From Deltaproteobacteria bacterium TL4 (GTDB lineage: Bacteria; SAR324; NAC60-12), in NCBI GenBank assembly GCA_051382335.1, contig JBBCAX010000010.1:1-64000 (forward strand): a stretch of DNA of 64,000 nt, written 5' to 3'. Positions 8,983-19,735 of the stretch are shown piece by piece; position 1 is the stretch's first letter, and each line of letters starts with the position of its first letter. The translations under genes and the position numbers were made by a program. Under the pieces are notes generated by a model that saw only the letters and a program-made list of their open reading frames with translations, had not been told where the DNA came from and made no database searches.

Positions 8983-10182
8983 ATGTCCACCATAAAAAAA
9001 ACCTTACAACACCAATTTAATCTAAAATACGGGTGCAACCCTCATCAAAAAAATGCGGCAATTCACACCTTAGAAAATAAGGAACTCCCCTTTAAGGTTC
9101 TCAACGGCAAACCAGGATACATCAATTTACTGGATGCCATGAATGCTTGGCAATTAGTCAAAGAGTTAGATATCGCCTTAAATCTTCCTGCGGCCGCATC
9201 GTTCAAACACGTCAGTCCAGCAGGTGCCGCAGTCGCTACGCCATTAAATGAAATGCTGAAACAGGTTTACGAATATTCAGAAAATACGGTTTCACCTCTC
9301 GCAACCGCATACATTCGTGCCAGAGGAGCCGATCCAATGTCTTCCTTCGGAGATTTTATCGCCCTCAGCCGAAAAGTCGATGTCAGTACCGCTCAAGTTA
9401 TCAAAACTCAGGTTTCCGATGGAATTATTGCACCCGCCTATGAGCAAGAAGCTTTGGACCTTCTTGCCGCCAAAAAGAATGGAAGCTATGTTGTTTTAGA
9501 AGCAAACACAGACTATGAGGCCCCTGAAACGGAATACCGGGAAGTATATGGCGTGGTGTTTGAACAAACACGAAACGATATTATGCTAAATCGTCAAAAT
9601 TTATTAAGCAATATTGTCACCCAAAATACTGATTTGCCTGAACCTGCACAACGGGATCTTCTTTTAGCTTCAATTGTTCTGAAATACACGCAATCCAACT
9701 CGGTGGGCTATGCGTTTGATGGGCAAATGATTGGAATTGGCGCAGGACAGCAAAGTCGGATTGATTGTACAAAACTCGCTGGACGTAAGGCGGATATCTG
9801 GTTCCTTCGTCAACATCCAAAGGTCCTGAATTTACCTTTTAAGGAAGGAGTAAAAAAAGTAGACAGAATCAATGCGAGAGTTTGCTTCATTGAGGAGGAG
9901 ATGACTGACAAAGAACGGGAAATATGGAACCAAAATTTTTCAACCACACCGAAAGCGTTAACCCTCGAAGAAAAACAAGAGTGGTTAAAGAAAATGGAAG
10001 GGGTTAGCCTTTCTTCTGATGCGTTTTTTCCTTTCCGGGATAATATTGATCAGGCCTCAAAACGTGGCGTTCGTTATATTGTTCAAGCAGGTGGAAGTGT
10101 ACGAGATGAGGATTTAATTCAGGCGGCAAACGAATATGGCATGCTGATGATCTGCTCAGGAATTCGTTTATTTCATCATTAG
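8983..10182 (+). CDS. purH: AICAR formyltransferase (short PurH lacking the N-terminal IMP cyclohydrolase domain)
   Basis: LKYGCNPHQ near the N-terminus, FKHVSPAGAA, GAGQQSRIDC, SSDAFFPFRD, RLFHH. Confidence 0.9.
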   Translation: MSTIKKTLQHQFNLKYGCNPHQKNAAIHTLENKELPFKVLNGKPGYINLLDAMNAWQLVKELDIALNLPAAASFKHVSPAGAAVATPLNEMLKQVYEYSENTVSPLATAYIRARGADPMSSFGDFIALSRKVDVSTAQVIKTQVSDGIIAPAYEQEALDLLAAKKNGSYVVLEANTDYEAPETEYREVYGVVFEQTRNDIMLNRQNLLSNIVTQNTDLPEPAQRDLLLASIVLKYTQSNSVGYAFDGQMIGIGAGQQSRIDCTKLAGRKADIWFLRQHPKVLNLPFKEGVKKVDRINARVCFIEEEMTDKEREIWNQNFSTTPKALTLEEKQEWLKKMEGVSLSSDAFFPFRDNIDQASKRGVRYIVQAGGSVRDEDLIQAANEYGMLMICSGIRLFHH

Positions 10183-10203
10183 AAACCCTGGCCTCCACAC
10201 AGT

Positions 10204-10236
10204 GGCAGAAAAAAGCACACTCTCATTTTTTCTGCC
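10204..10236. terminator. Hairpin between convergent purH and plsB
   Basis: GGCAGAAAAAA-11 nt-TTTTTTCTGCC perfect 11-bp stem. Confidence 0.4.
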
Positions 10237-10263
10237 TACTCCCCAATACAGTCACCACTTGTC

Positions 10264-12084
10264 TCACAAAAGCCTGTCTTCCATGGCGATCAAATCCATG
10301 AACTTGTCTCCGGACACAATAACCGTCTTTTTCTCAGCATCAGGTAATGCGTTAAGATAGTTCTCTTCACATAAAAACCGGACAATATTTTCATAGGTTA
10401 TCGTCAAATTGGACTCTACAGATTCAACCCTTCCCAACAAGTGCATTTTAGTAAAGGATTGATGCATGTGATTGACTAATTCCTTTTGACCCACAGGATA
10501 TAAAATAACAGTGTGAGTCAAAGTATGGATTGCCACGCGAAAAGCTTCCCTAAAGGGCAAAAGAATCCTTGCCAACATGTTCAGCTCAATGCATTTTTCT
10601 GCCATGGCATAATAAGTTTTCTCTTTTTCTTCGATCAATCCTGTTTCCAGAAAGTACTGAATCACCTTCTCTGTAGCAACCGTAAAATCATAAGATCTTG
10701 GAAACATAAACTCATACCGAAATAAATGATCGAAAAAGCGAATATTTTCCAATAACGAACCCATCGTTTGAGCTTCATGACTGAACTTGTACGCAATAAT
10801 AGAGGGGATGACAAAATGATGTACTAAAATATTTTTATAAATATTGAGGCGAATTTTGTTTTGATAAGTAAAAAAATAGACATCACCATGAGGATCAGGC
10901 AGCCACCCTACAGACCCGCTTCTAAACATAAACTCAATTACATTCTCCAATCCTTCCTCTGTTTGCGTGAGTAAGGTTTGTTTGGCTCGAGGATGCATCA
11001 AATTATAGAGGTTAACTAAAAACTGTCCTTTCTCAAGGAGTTCCTGTTTAAGAAAGCCCTGTCTACTTTCAGAAAGTAAGACCGTTGAAATAATTGGAGT
11101 CGCTGATGTAGTGCAATGCTGATTAATCTGATCCATCACATCCATGCCAATACTGTATAGAACTCTGGAACGATCCAAACCCGCAGCATTGTATTGATTC
11201 AGCAATTCCCGTAAAGACATCGGAGGCGCAAAGGACACATAGACCTTCCCATAATTGACACTGAGCAACTCATAGGCTTTTAGTAAATCGCCTAAACTTT
11301 CCTTTCGTTTGGGAAGTCCCCCTAGTTCTTTGACATAAGTGGATTCCTCCATAACCCGCTCGTAAACATTAGAAACCGGAACCAGATATAAATCTTCATG
11401 GGGATGGTCTTCAATATACTGAACAAGGATGGACAAGAAACCCGTCTTGGGAGGTAGGTTTTTTCCGGACCTTGAACGTCCACCTTCAATAAAAAACTCA
11501 ATGGGATAGCCCCTATCCAGCAGGTAATAAATGTAATTAAGAAAAATTTCAGAGTACAAAGGATTTCCCTTAAACACCCTTCGAATAAAAACCGCGGCAC
11601 CCCGTTTGAGGACACGTCCCACAATAAACATGTTCAGATTGTTACCCGCAATAATATGCGGTAAAGGCATTCTGTATTGTTGGACGATGTAGGAAAGAAG
11701 TCCATAATCCAGATGGCTTCGGTGACAAGGGATATAGATGATTTTTTTCCCCTCATAAGAAGGCTGTTTGTATTCTAAGCCACTGACTTCGACCCCATCA
11801 AAAATTCTATTCCAAATAAATCTTAAAACAACGTCCGCAATTTTTGTCGCCCAAGGCGAAGGATTGGCAACCATTTCCTTGAGATAACGTCTCACCGGCG
11901 ATCGAAAAGGTGCCCACCAAACACGTTTTGCACCATGTTTTTCTACCGCAGCCAAGACTTCAGGACTCTTCTCCAATTCCTTAATGACTTGCCTTCGAGA
12001 ATATAATTCATCACCAAAGATGGGCATCCCTTCAAACTTGGGAAGTTTATTAAGGATCCATTCTTTTACTTTAAGCTTCCGCAT
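10264..12084 (-). CDS. plsB: Glycerol-3-phosphate O-acyltransferase (PlsB family)
   Basis: PCHRSHLDY (HX4D), AGNNL, GAAVFIRR, FFIEGGRSRSGK. Confidence 0.88.
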   Translation of the reverse strand: MRKLKVKEWILNKLPKFEGMPIFGDELYSRRQVIKELEKSPEVLAAVEKHGAKRVWWAPFRSPVRRYLKEMVANPSPWATKIADVVLRFIWNRIFDGVEVSGLEYKQPSYEGKKIIYIPCHRSHLDYGLLSYIVQQYRMPLPHIIAGNNLNMFIVGRVLKRGAAVFIRRVFKGNPLYSEIFLNYIYYLLDRGYPIEFFIEGGRSRSGKNLPPKTGFLSILVQYIEDHPHEDLYLVPVSNVYERVMEESTYVKELGGLPKRKESLGDLLKAYELLSVNYGKVYVSFAPPMSLRELLNQYNAAGLDRSRVLYSIGMDVMDQINQHCTTSATPIISTVLLSESRQGFLKQELLEKGQFLVNLYNLMHPRAKQTLLTQTEEGLENVIEFMFRSGSVGWLPDPHGDVYFFTYQNKIRLNIYKNILVHHFVIPSIIAYKFSHEAQTMGSLLENIRFFDHLFRYEFMFPRSYDFTVATEKVIQYFLETGLIEEKEKTYYAMAEKCIELNMLARILLPFREAFRVAIHTLTHTVILYPVGQKELVNHMHQSFTKMHLLGRVESVESNLTITYENIVRFLCEENYLNALPDAEKKTVIVSGDKFMDLIAMEDRLL

Positions 12085-13849
12085 ATAAACTCTCAATCGT
12101 GGCTTTGTACTTATCAAGAACAATTCTACGTTTTAATTTCAAGGTAGGAGTCAAGATTCCATTTTCCGAATTCCATTCCTCACCAATTAACGCAAATTTC
12201 TTAGGAGCCTCATACCCCTTGAAAGATGCGCCATAAGTCACAAGCTCCTTTTGATAAAGCGCTTTAATCTTGGGATCTTTCAAAAGTGCGTCTCCAGTAG
12301 CGTTGATACCATTATCTTGAGCATATTGAGTCAACATTTCTTTTTCAGGAGTGATTAACACCACATTGTACAATTTATTATCACCATAAAGCATCACTTG
12401 ATCAATAAAGGGACTGAGTTTTAATTTTTCTTCCATAGGAGCTGGAGCAACATATTTTCCATTCTCTAATTTATACTGTTCCTTAATCCTTCCAGTGATG
12501 AATAAAAAACCATCTTCATCAAACCGTCCCAAATCACCTGTACGGAAACCACCATCCTCTGTAAAGACTTCCTTTGTTGCCTCAGGCTTGTTATGATAAC
12601 CTTTCATAACATTCGGCCCATAAACAACAATCTCACCCTCAGGACTGTCTTCTCCAACCACAGATTTGTCTAACGTGACGGTCACGCCAGGAATAGCCTT
12701 TCCAACACTTCCAATTCGTCGATAACGGGAAGAGTTCGCGGTACACATAGGACTGGTCTCACTCAATCCATACCCTTCATAAACCAATATATTCATATTA
12801 TCTATGAAGTCCGCAACATCCTTGTTCAATGCAGCTCCACCACTGATGGCATAACGAAGCCGGCCTCCAAACCGTGCACGAATCTTACTGAAAACGATCT
12901 GATCTACAAGCCACAACAGGAAGGAATCAAACAATCCCAAAGAACCTTTGGCTTTCTTAAGTTTGGATTTTTCCATTCCCAGCTCAAACAATACTTTTCC
13001 AAACCCTCCCTCGGTTTGAATCTTATTGTTCACTCCATCATAGATCTTGTTGAAGATCCGAGGAACACTAAAAAGTAATGTCGGCTGAACTTCGGCTAAA
13101 TTAGCAATAATTGTCCCTGTATTTTCAGCAAACCCGGTAGATCCCCCTGATGAAAGCATACAATGCAATTCCAGAGTTTGACCAAACGAATGGGCCCAAG
13201 GCAAAAAGGAAAGACTGCTATCATCCGGAGTAATATCCAGAATTTCTTCAACAGCATTAACGTTGCTCATGATATTGTCATGGGTCAGTAACACTCCCTT
13301 GGGTTCACCAGTCGTACCTGAAGTGTAAATTAACCCCATAATATCATTGGGATCCGGTTCCTGAGAAGTTACAAGATTTTCTCTGCCAAGCTTTTTCAAC
13401 CCCTTATAACTTTTCGGATCATCTTCCGGCCCCTCAATATTAATGACGTGCTCTAACGATTCGATTTGATCGACCAAATCTTTGGTTTTATCATAAATGT
13501 CTTGATTGGCGACAAGAAGCACCTTGATTCCTGAATCCTTGATAATATAGACCCAATCTTTAATGGATTGGGATTCATACATAGGAATAAACTCGGCTTT
13601 TAATCCATAGGTCGCATACGCTCCCGCTGCCCATTCAACACGATTATTAGCGATCACACCCACTTTGTCCTGATACCCCACACCTAAAGATGCCAGACCG
13701 CCTCGAAACGAATCAACATGTTCCGCAAACTCTCCATAAGTAATCCATTCATACCCCTTTGGCCCTTTCGTTCCAAACAAATTACGCTCTTTAAAAGTTC
13801 GGCAAGATCGTTCTTGCATATCCACTAGGTTTTTAAATTTCCCTGACAT
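12071..13849 (-). CDS. Long-chain fatty acid-CoA ligase (AMP-dependent synthetase)
   Basis: YTSGTTGEPKG, EGYGLSET, FRTGDLG, LTPTLKLKR; overlaps the plsB start. Confidence 0.92.
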   Translation of the reverse strand: MSGKFKNLVDMQERSCRTFKERNLFGTKGPKGYEWITYGEFAEHVDSFRGGLASLGVGYQDKVGVIANNRVEWAAGAYATYGLKAEFIPMYESQSIKDWVYIIKDSGIKVLLVANQDIYDKTKDLVDQIESLEHVINIEGPEDDPKSYKGLKKLGRENLVTSQEPDPNDIMGLIYTSGTTGEPKGVLLTHDNIMSNVNAVEEILDITPDDSSLSFLPWAHSFGQTLELHCMLSSGGSTGFAENTGTIIANLAEVQPTLLFSVPRIFNKIYDGVNNKIQTEGGFGKVLFELGMEKSKLKKAKGSLGLFDSFLLWLVDQIVFSKIRARFGGRLRYAISGGAALNKDVADFIDNMNILVYEGYGLSETSPMCTANSSRYRRIGSVGKAIPGVTVTLDKSVVGEDSPEGEIVVYGPNVMKGYHNKPEATKEVFTEDGGFRTGDLGRFDEDGFLFITGRIKEQYKLENGKYVAPAPMEEKLKLSPFIDQVMLYGDNKLYNVVLITPEKEMLTQYAQDNGINATGDALLKDPKIKALYQKELVTYGASFKGYEAPKKFALIGEEWNSENGILTPTLKLKRRIVLDKYKATIESLYAEA

Positions 13850-14203
13850 ACCGCTCCTACAATAATCACAATTAACTCAAGTTATGATAACCATCTATCA
13901 GACTCTATTACGAATAATACATCCTTAAGTTTTTGGGTTTTTCCAGCGCACAATTAGTTTTATGGAGACCCTCCAAATATATAATTTTCGACCGTTACTA
14001 GTTTTCCTAACAAAAAAGCATCAGTCTGTGAAGTCAAATTCAAAGAATCTGCTAATTAATTGCGTCTTTTAAAAAAAGATACAAGGGGGAGTGTTGAAGA
14101 TGAAAAAAACAATGCGAGGAATGTGACAGATAGAAGTCTAAGAATTTGGAATGAACCGCTTGCCGCCCCTAGTTTTACAACAAGAGAGACAAACCCTATT
14201 CGG

Positions 14204-16450
14204 TCATGCATACCTGAAGGTCAGCTTTTCTTTTTCAACATCAATATAAACCTCACCTCCCTGTTCCAGTTTTCCAAAAAGAACCTCATCCGCAAGAACA
14301 GTTTCGATTTCCTTCTGAATAAGACGATACATCGGACGTGCGCCAAAAAGGGGATCATATCCTTTTTTTGCTAACCATTCTCTGACCTGCTCAGAAATGT
14401 TAATCACCACCTTCTTATTCTGCAGTCGTGTTTCCAAGGCGATAATAAATTTATCAACAACCATTTTGATCACAGATTCAGACAGCGAGGCAAAAGAAAT
14501 AGTGGCATCCAATCGATTTCGAAATTCAGGAGAAAATGTTTTTTCGAAGGCTTGTTTGGAAGGACCTTTGGGTACATTACTTCCAAATCCAATAGTAGAA
14601 CCATTCATTTCGCTCGCACCTACATTAGAGGACATAATCAGAATCACATTTCTAAAATCTGCCTCTCGACCATTACTATCCGTTAATTTTGCATGATCCA
14701 TCACTTGTAAAAGAATATTGAAAATATCAGGATGAGCCTTCTCAATTTCATCGAGTAATAACACACAATGAGGATTTTGTCGGATGCCATCCGTCAACAA
14801 CCCCCCTTGATCAAAACCGACATAACCTGGAGGAGCTCCAATCAAACGGGCAACGGTATGCTTTTCCATATATTCACTCATATCAAAGCGTCTAAAATGA
14901 ATCCCCATCACTGATGCCAACTGTTTTGCTAATTCTGTCTTTCCTACGCCTGTAGGTCCCATAAAGAGAAAAGACCCGATAGGTTTATCCGGTTGGCACA
15001 AACCTGCTCTGGAACGCTTAATGGATTGAGACAAAACACGGATGGCCTCATCCTGACCAAAAACCTGAAGTTTTAACTCATTTTCCAAATCTTTAAGTTT
15101 TTCCTTTTCATTGGTATTCATCCGTTGAATCGGAATACGAGCAATACTTGCCACCACTTTTTCAATATCACTCACCGAAACCTGCTTTCTTTTATTCCCA
15201 GGTCTTAACCTCACGGCTGCCCCTGCCTCATCAATAACGTCAATCGCTTTATCGGGTAAAAAGCGATCATTGATGTATTTTGCAGAAAGTTCAACGGCCG
15301 TTCTTAATGCCGCACGAGTATAACGTAACTGATGATGCTTTTCATATCGAGATTTCAGCCCTTCTAATATTTGGATTGATTCCTCCATAGAAGGTTCCAA
15401 GATATCAATCTTTTGAAACCGTCTGGATAAAGCACGATCCTTTTCAAAAATCTTTTTATGCTCCTCATAGGTCGTCGATCCAATGCAACGAATTTCACCT
15501 TTCGATAACACAGGTTTTAGCAAATTCGAAACATCCATAGAGCCTCCACTCGTTGCTCCGGCTCCAATAATCGTATGAATTTCATCAATGAATAAGATAG
15601 ACCGCTCCTTACGCTGTAAGGCTTTCAAAACAGCTTTTATGCGCTGTTCAAAATCCCCTCTGAATTTTGTTCCAGCAAGCAATGCTCCCATATCCAAAGA
15701 ATAGATTTCAGCACCAGTCAAAAGATCTGGAACTTTATTTTCATGAATTCTTAAGGCTAAACCTTCAGCAACCGCAGTTTTACCAACGCCAGGATCTCCT
15801 ACGTAAAGAGGATTGTTTTTTCGACGTCTACATAAAATTTGAATAGTCCGCTGCAGTTCCAAATCACGTCCGATGAGTGGATCCAAACGATTATCGGCGG
15901 CAAGTTTGGCAAAATTCACAGTATATAATTTTAGTGGATCTTGTTCTGTCCGTTTTGTTCCGCCTTCAGCCTCTTCCTCATCCTCTTTTTCACCAAAAGG
16001 TTCCTCCTCTTCATCTTCTACGGGCACCTTTGCCACCCCATGGGAAATGTAATTTAGCAAGTCCAAACGAGTAATTCCCTCCTTTTGTAAAAAATAGGAA
16101 GCGTAGGATTGGGACTCTCGATGAATGGCAACCAAAATATCCCCAACATCCGCAGAAGACTTGCCTGCACTATTGACATGCATGATTGCTAAATGAAGAA
16201 CACGTTGCACTGCGCGTGTTTGTTGAGGATCATTTTCCTGGACACTGACTGTTGCCTGTTGTTCAAAAAACTCTTCCAAATCTCGTTTAATACGATCAAT
16301 GTTACCACCACAATTTTTAATAATTCGAATCCCCCCATCATGATGCAACAAGGCGTACAAAATATGCTCCACACACAAATATTCGTGCTTACGATTTTTC
16401 GCTTCTCGTTGAGCTGCCATCAAACAGACTTCTAATTCTCTGCTAAACAT
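14204..16450 (-). CDS. clpA: ATP-dependent Clp protease ATP-binding subunit ClpA
   Basis: Two AAA modules (GDPGVGKT, GPTGVGKT), 748 aa with no ClpB middle domain, adjacent to clpS. Confidence 0.96.
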   Translation of the reverse strand: MFSRELEVCLMAAQREAKNRKHEYLCVEHILYALLHHDGGIRIIKNCGGNIDRIKRDLEEFFEQQATVSVQENDPQQTRAVQRVLHLAIMHVNSAGKSSADVGDILVAIHRESQSYASYFLQKEGITRLDLLNYISHGVAKVPVEDEEEEPFGEKEDEEEAEGGTKRTEQDPLKLYTVNFAKLAADNRLDPLIGRDLELQRTIQILCRRRKNNPLYVGDPGVGKTAVAEGLALRIHENKVPDLLTGAEIYSLDMGALLAGTKFRGDFEQRIKAVLKALQRKERSILFIDEIHTIIGAGATSGGSMDVSNLLKPVLSKGEIRCIGSTTYEEHKKIFEKDRALSRRFQKIDILEPSMEESIQILEGLKSRYEKHHQLRYTRAALRTAVELSAKYINDRFLPDKAIDVIDEAGAAVRLRPGNKRKQVSVSDIEKVVASIARIPIQRMNTNEKEKLKDLENELKLQVFGQDEAIRVLSQSIKRSRAGLCQPDKPIGSFLFMGPTGVGKTELAKQLASVMGIHFRRFDMSEYMEKHTVARLIGAPPGYVGFDQGGLLTDGIRQNPHCVLLLDEIEKAHPDIFNILLQVMDHAKLTDSNGREADFRNVILIMSSNVGASEMNGSTIGFGSNVPKGPSKQAFEKTFSPEFRNRLDATISFASLSESVIKMVVDKFIIALETRLQNKKVVINISEQVREWLAKKGYDPLFGARPMYRLIQKEIETVLADEVLFGKLEQGGEVYIDVEKEKLTFRYA

Positions 16451-16525
16451 AATCTCTCCTGAATTTCAAACTTCTTCATAACCACTCAGCATAGAAATGT
16501 GAGTCCGCGAAATAGGTCTGAATCA

Positions 16526-16834
16526 TTACACTTCTTCCAAACTGGCTTTTAACGGAAATTCATATTGATTTGCAAGATCATGAACTTCAGCCACTTTAGT
16601 TTCGGCTATCTCATAGGTATAAACCCCACAAATCCCAACACCCTGATTATGAACATGCAACATGATTTGCATTGCTTCTGCAGAACTTTTTTTAAAAATC
16701 AACTCCAACACATACACGACAAATTCCATCGTCGTGTAGTCATCGTTATGAAGCAAGACCCTATACAGGGACGGTCGTTTTATTTTGTGCTTTGTTTTTG
16801 TAGCGACACTTTCATCTGTCTTAAAATCAGCCAT
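16526..16834 (-). CDS. clpS: Clp protease adaptor ClpS
   Basis: [17 protein letters not shown]...EIAETKV...FPL. Confidence 0.97.
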   Translation of the reverse strand: MADFKTDESVATKTKHKIKRPSLYRVLLHNDDYTTMEFVVYVLELIFKKSSAEAMQIMLHVHNQGVGICGVYTYEIAETKVAEVHDLANQYEFPLKASLEEV

Positions 16835-17004
16835 CTATACCTCCAGAAAGGGGATCATTACCTACTTTCCCAAACATTCGATCACCCTTTCTCAACTGAG
16901 CCTAATCCACTGTTCCCTTGATCGGATTCATTCAACTCCATAACGTATACACTGTCCTCAAAACGTAAAGATGTCAACGCCTTTTCATTAATATCAAGCA
17001 TATC

Positions 17005-17886
17005 TTACTGATTTTCCAAATAGATTTTACTTCCTGGAGGAACACTATGCGTCAACCACACATTCCCTCCGATTATCGATCCTTGACCAATAACGGTTTT
17101 CCCTCCCAAAATAGTAGCTCCCGCATAGAGCACAACATGATCTTCAATCGTGGGATGTCGCTTTACATTAGAATGTCTATCTTTTTTATCCGGACTTAAG
17201 GCACCGATGGTCACCCCTTGGTAGATTCTAACATAATCTTGGATAATTGAGGTTTCCCCTATCACAATCCCTGTTCCATGATCAATCATCGTACCTTTCC
17301 CTAAGGTTGCTCCAGGATGAATATCAATACCTGTTTGAGAATGAATATATTCGCTCATGATTCTTGGTAAGATTGGAACATTCCTTTTAAAGAAAAAATG
17401 AGCAATCCGATGAATACTTAAAGCTTGTAACCCTGGATAAGCAAAAACGATTTCCCGTTTGCTTCTGGCGGCAGGATCACCTTCATAAATCGCTTCTACA
17501 TCTTCCGCCAAAATTTCGCGCATCCCTGGTAAAGACTCCAGGAACTCAAAGGCGATGTCCTTCACATTGGTTTTAAATTTTTGAGTATCCGTACAATTGA
17601 TTCCATTCTGAGCCGCTTCCCAACAAAAAATTTGTTCCATGTACTCTTGTAAGCGATGAAAGATCGAAACTGATTTCTGTCCAATCACATAGGGTAACTC
17701 TAAAGTTTCCATGGATTCTTGGCGAATCAAACCAGGAAAAAGTAACACTTGAATATCTTTTGCCAGTAAAATGATATTCTCTTTTGCGGGTAAAATGGTT
17801 CGTCCCATTTGTTCAATTTCAGGATGCTTATGATAAGAATCCAAAATCAAATTCACCGCTGTAGCTAATCGACGTTGATCATCCAT
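17005..17886 (-). CDS. cysE: Serine O-acetyltransferase (EpsC-type)
   Basis: GDPAA, GIDIHPGA, IDHGTGIVIGET, KRHPTI. Confidence 0.93.
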   Translation of the reverse strand: MDDQRRLATAVNLILDSYHKHPEIEQMGRTILPAKENIILLAKDIQVLLFPGLIRQESMETLELPYVIGQKSVSIFHRLQEYMEQIFCWEAAQNGINCTDTQKFKTNVKDIAFEFLESLPGMREILAEDVEAIYEGDPAARSKREIVFAYPGLQALSIHRIAHFFFKRNVPILPRIMSEYIHSQTGIDIHPGATLGKGTMIDHGTGIVIGETSIIQDYVRIYQGVTIGALSPDKKDRHSNVKRHPTIEDHVVLYAGATILGGKTVIGQGSIIGGNVWLTHSVPPGSKIYLENQ

Positions 17887-18812
17887 TAATATCCCCTTTT
17901 AAACAAAGCGGTCATCATATAATGTTCCGCACCATCTGGTAAGATTACCAAAATATTTTTATTTGAGCCTTCTTCTTTTGCGATTTTCAAGGCAGCCCAC
18001 ATATTTGCTCCTGAAGATATTCCCACAAGAATGCCTTCTTTCGCCGCAATCTGCCGAGAAACCTTTAAAGCATCTTCATCGGATACACCGATAATCTGAT
18101 CGACTACCCGAGTATCATAATTTTCCGGAATAAATCCGGCACCAATGCCTTGAATCCCATGCAACCCAGGTTCCCTTCCAGCCAGTACAGCGGAAGAAAG
18201 GGGTTCAACCGCAATATTTTTGATTCCCTGAAAATGTTTTTTCAACACTCTCCCAACACCACTCAAAGTTCCCCCTGTTCCAACACCGGCAACAAAATAG
18301 TCCAAATTCAGTTCGCTGAAATCCTCCAAGATTTCACGAGCTGTGTAGGCTTCATGAGCCTTAGGATTTGCAGGATTACTGAATTGGTATGCCATATAGT
18401 AACCCCTTTCTTTGACCAGGGTTTGAGCTACTTCAATGGCACCTCGCATTCCCAACTCTCCTGGCGTTAGAATAATCTCAGCACCCAAAAATTCTAACAA
18501 CGCACGACGTTCAAAACTCATGGTATCCGGCATCGTTAATATCATACGATACCCTCGTACCGTTGCAACCATAGCCAAGCCTATTCCGGTATTCCCTGAA
18601 GTGGGTTCCACAAGAACATCCCCGGGCTTAATCTTTCCTTCTCGCTCAGCTTCCAGTATCATATTCAGAGCAATCCGATCCTTAACACTTCCACCTGGAT
18701 TAAACCGCTCCAGCTTGGCATATATGTTCCCATCACTTTCTTCAGTAATTTGATTCATCTTCACAACCGGAGTATTCCCAATGGTTTCAAGAACATCCTT
18801 ATAAATTGCCAC
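17886..18812 (-). CDS. cysK: Cysteine synthase A
   Basis: NPGGSVKDR (PLP lysine), EPTSGNTG, GVGTGGT, IQGIGAG. Confidence 0.95.
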   Translation of the reverse strand: MAIYKDVLETIGNTPVVKMNQITEESDGNIYAKLERFNPGGSVKDRIALNMILEAEREGKIKPGDVLVEPTSGNTGIGLAMVATVRGYRMILTMPDTMSFERRALLEFLGAEIILTPGELGMRGAIEVAQTLVKERGYYMAYQFSNPANPKAHEAYTAREILEDFSELNLDYFVAGVGTGGTLSGVGRVLKKHFQGIKNIAVEPLSSAVLAGREPGLHGIQGIGAGFIPENYDTRVVDQIIGVSDEDALKVSRQIAAKEGILVGISSGANMWAALKIAKEEGSNKNILVILPDGAEHYMMTALFKRGY

Positions 18813-19361
18813 GTGCTTCTCCTAAATTTTTAATTGAAGTTTATATCTATTATGACCTATTTTTCTCAGAAACGGAAAAATTCGCTGTCATAGAATCCCA
18901 CTTTAATCCAAGTCCAGTCCAAAAAACAACCATCGAAGCTTCACAAAGGGCCTCCATGCTCTGCGTGAAAACCAGGACTTCGACGCTTTGCGTTCTCTTC
19001 GCCTCCAAAGCGTTTCGTTCACACGGGAAACAGGAAAACATAATTTTGAAAAGTTATTCTTATTCGGTTATCACAAGACACACTATCCTTCATATTTCCC
19101 AATATCGATGAACTATATTGCTTTAATTTCCTTGATATAAGTGTTAATGCTAATATAATAACCATTTTAGCCCTTAGTGCATTGAGTCAAAAGCTTATAA
19201 TGATTGTCGGAGCATTTTTTAAATTTTGAAATGCTTGATCCATTGATACTAGAATTTGAACAATCAGACAATAAATAAAATCGGATGACACTTTCTAGTC
19301 TAATCATAATGAACATTTGACAATGTACTAGATATTAATATTTTCCATGTAAAGGATCGTT

Positions 19362-19610
19362 ATGTGGGTTCAGTTAAAAGGAGAGTCCATTAATCTAGAC
19401 AATGTGTGTCGATTCTGGCTTGAAAAAGACCTTTCCGATGACAAATCTATTATACCTACTTTGAAAATTCAACTCTCGAATCATCGATCAAACGAATGGT
19501 TGGAATTCGAAATTTATGCGGAGGACGACTCTGGAAAATCGAGTATTGAATTAGCGGAATCAATGTTGAGCGATTTACGATCCTTATTAGGACAACACAT
19601 CTTACTTTAG
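19362..19610 (+). CDS. Small hypothetical protein
   Basis: 82 aa with AAGGA RBS; isolated in an AT-rich region. Confidence 0.6.
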   Translation: MWVQLKGESINLDNVCRFWLEKDLSDDKSIIPTLKIQLSNHRSNEWLEFEIYAEDDSGKSSIELAESMLSDLRSLLGQHILL

Positions 19611-19735
19611 TCATACGGTTATTGTTTGTTTCCATGACATAAGGCCTAACAAACCCTCAGTCCAAAGATTGCCTCGCTCTTTTTAACTGATTGTTGGCAA
19701 TTCCGAAAATATCACTTTTAAAAATATTGAATAAA

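Noticed and set aside
19016..19032. parS-like sequence GTTCACACGGGAAACA
   Set aside because: Only about 11 of 16 positions match the parS palindrome; it is a single copy and not palindromic.
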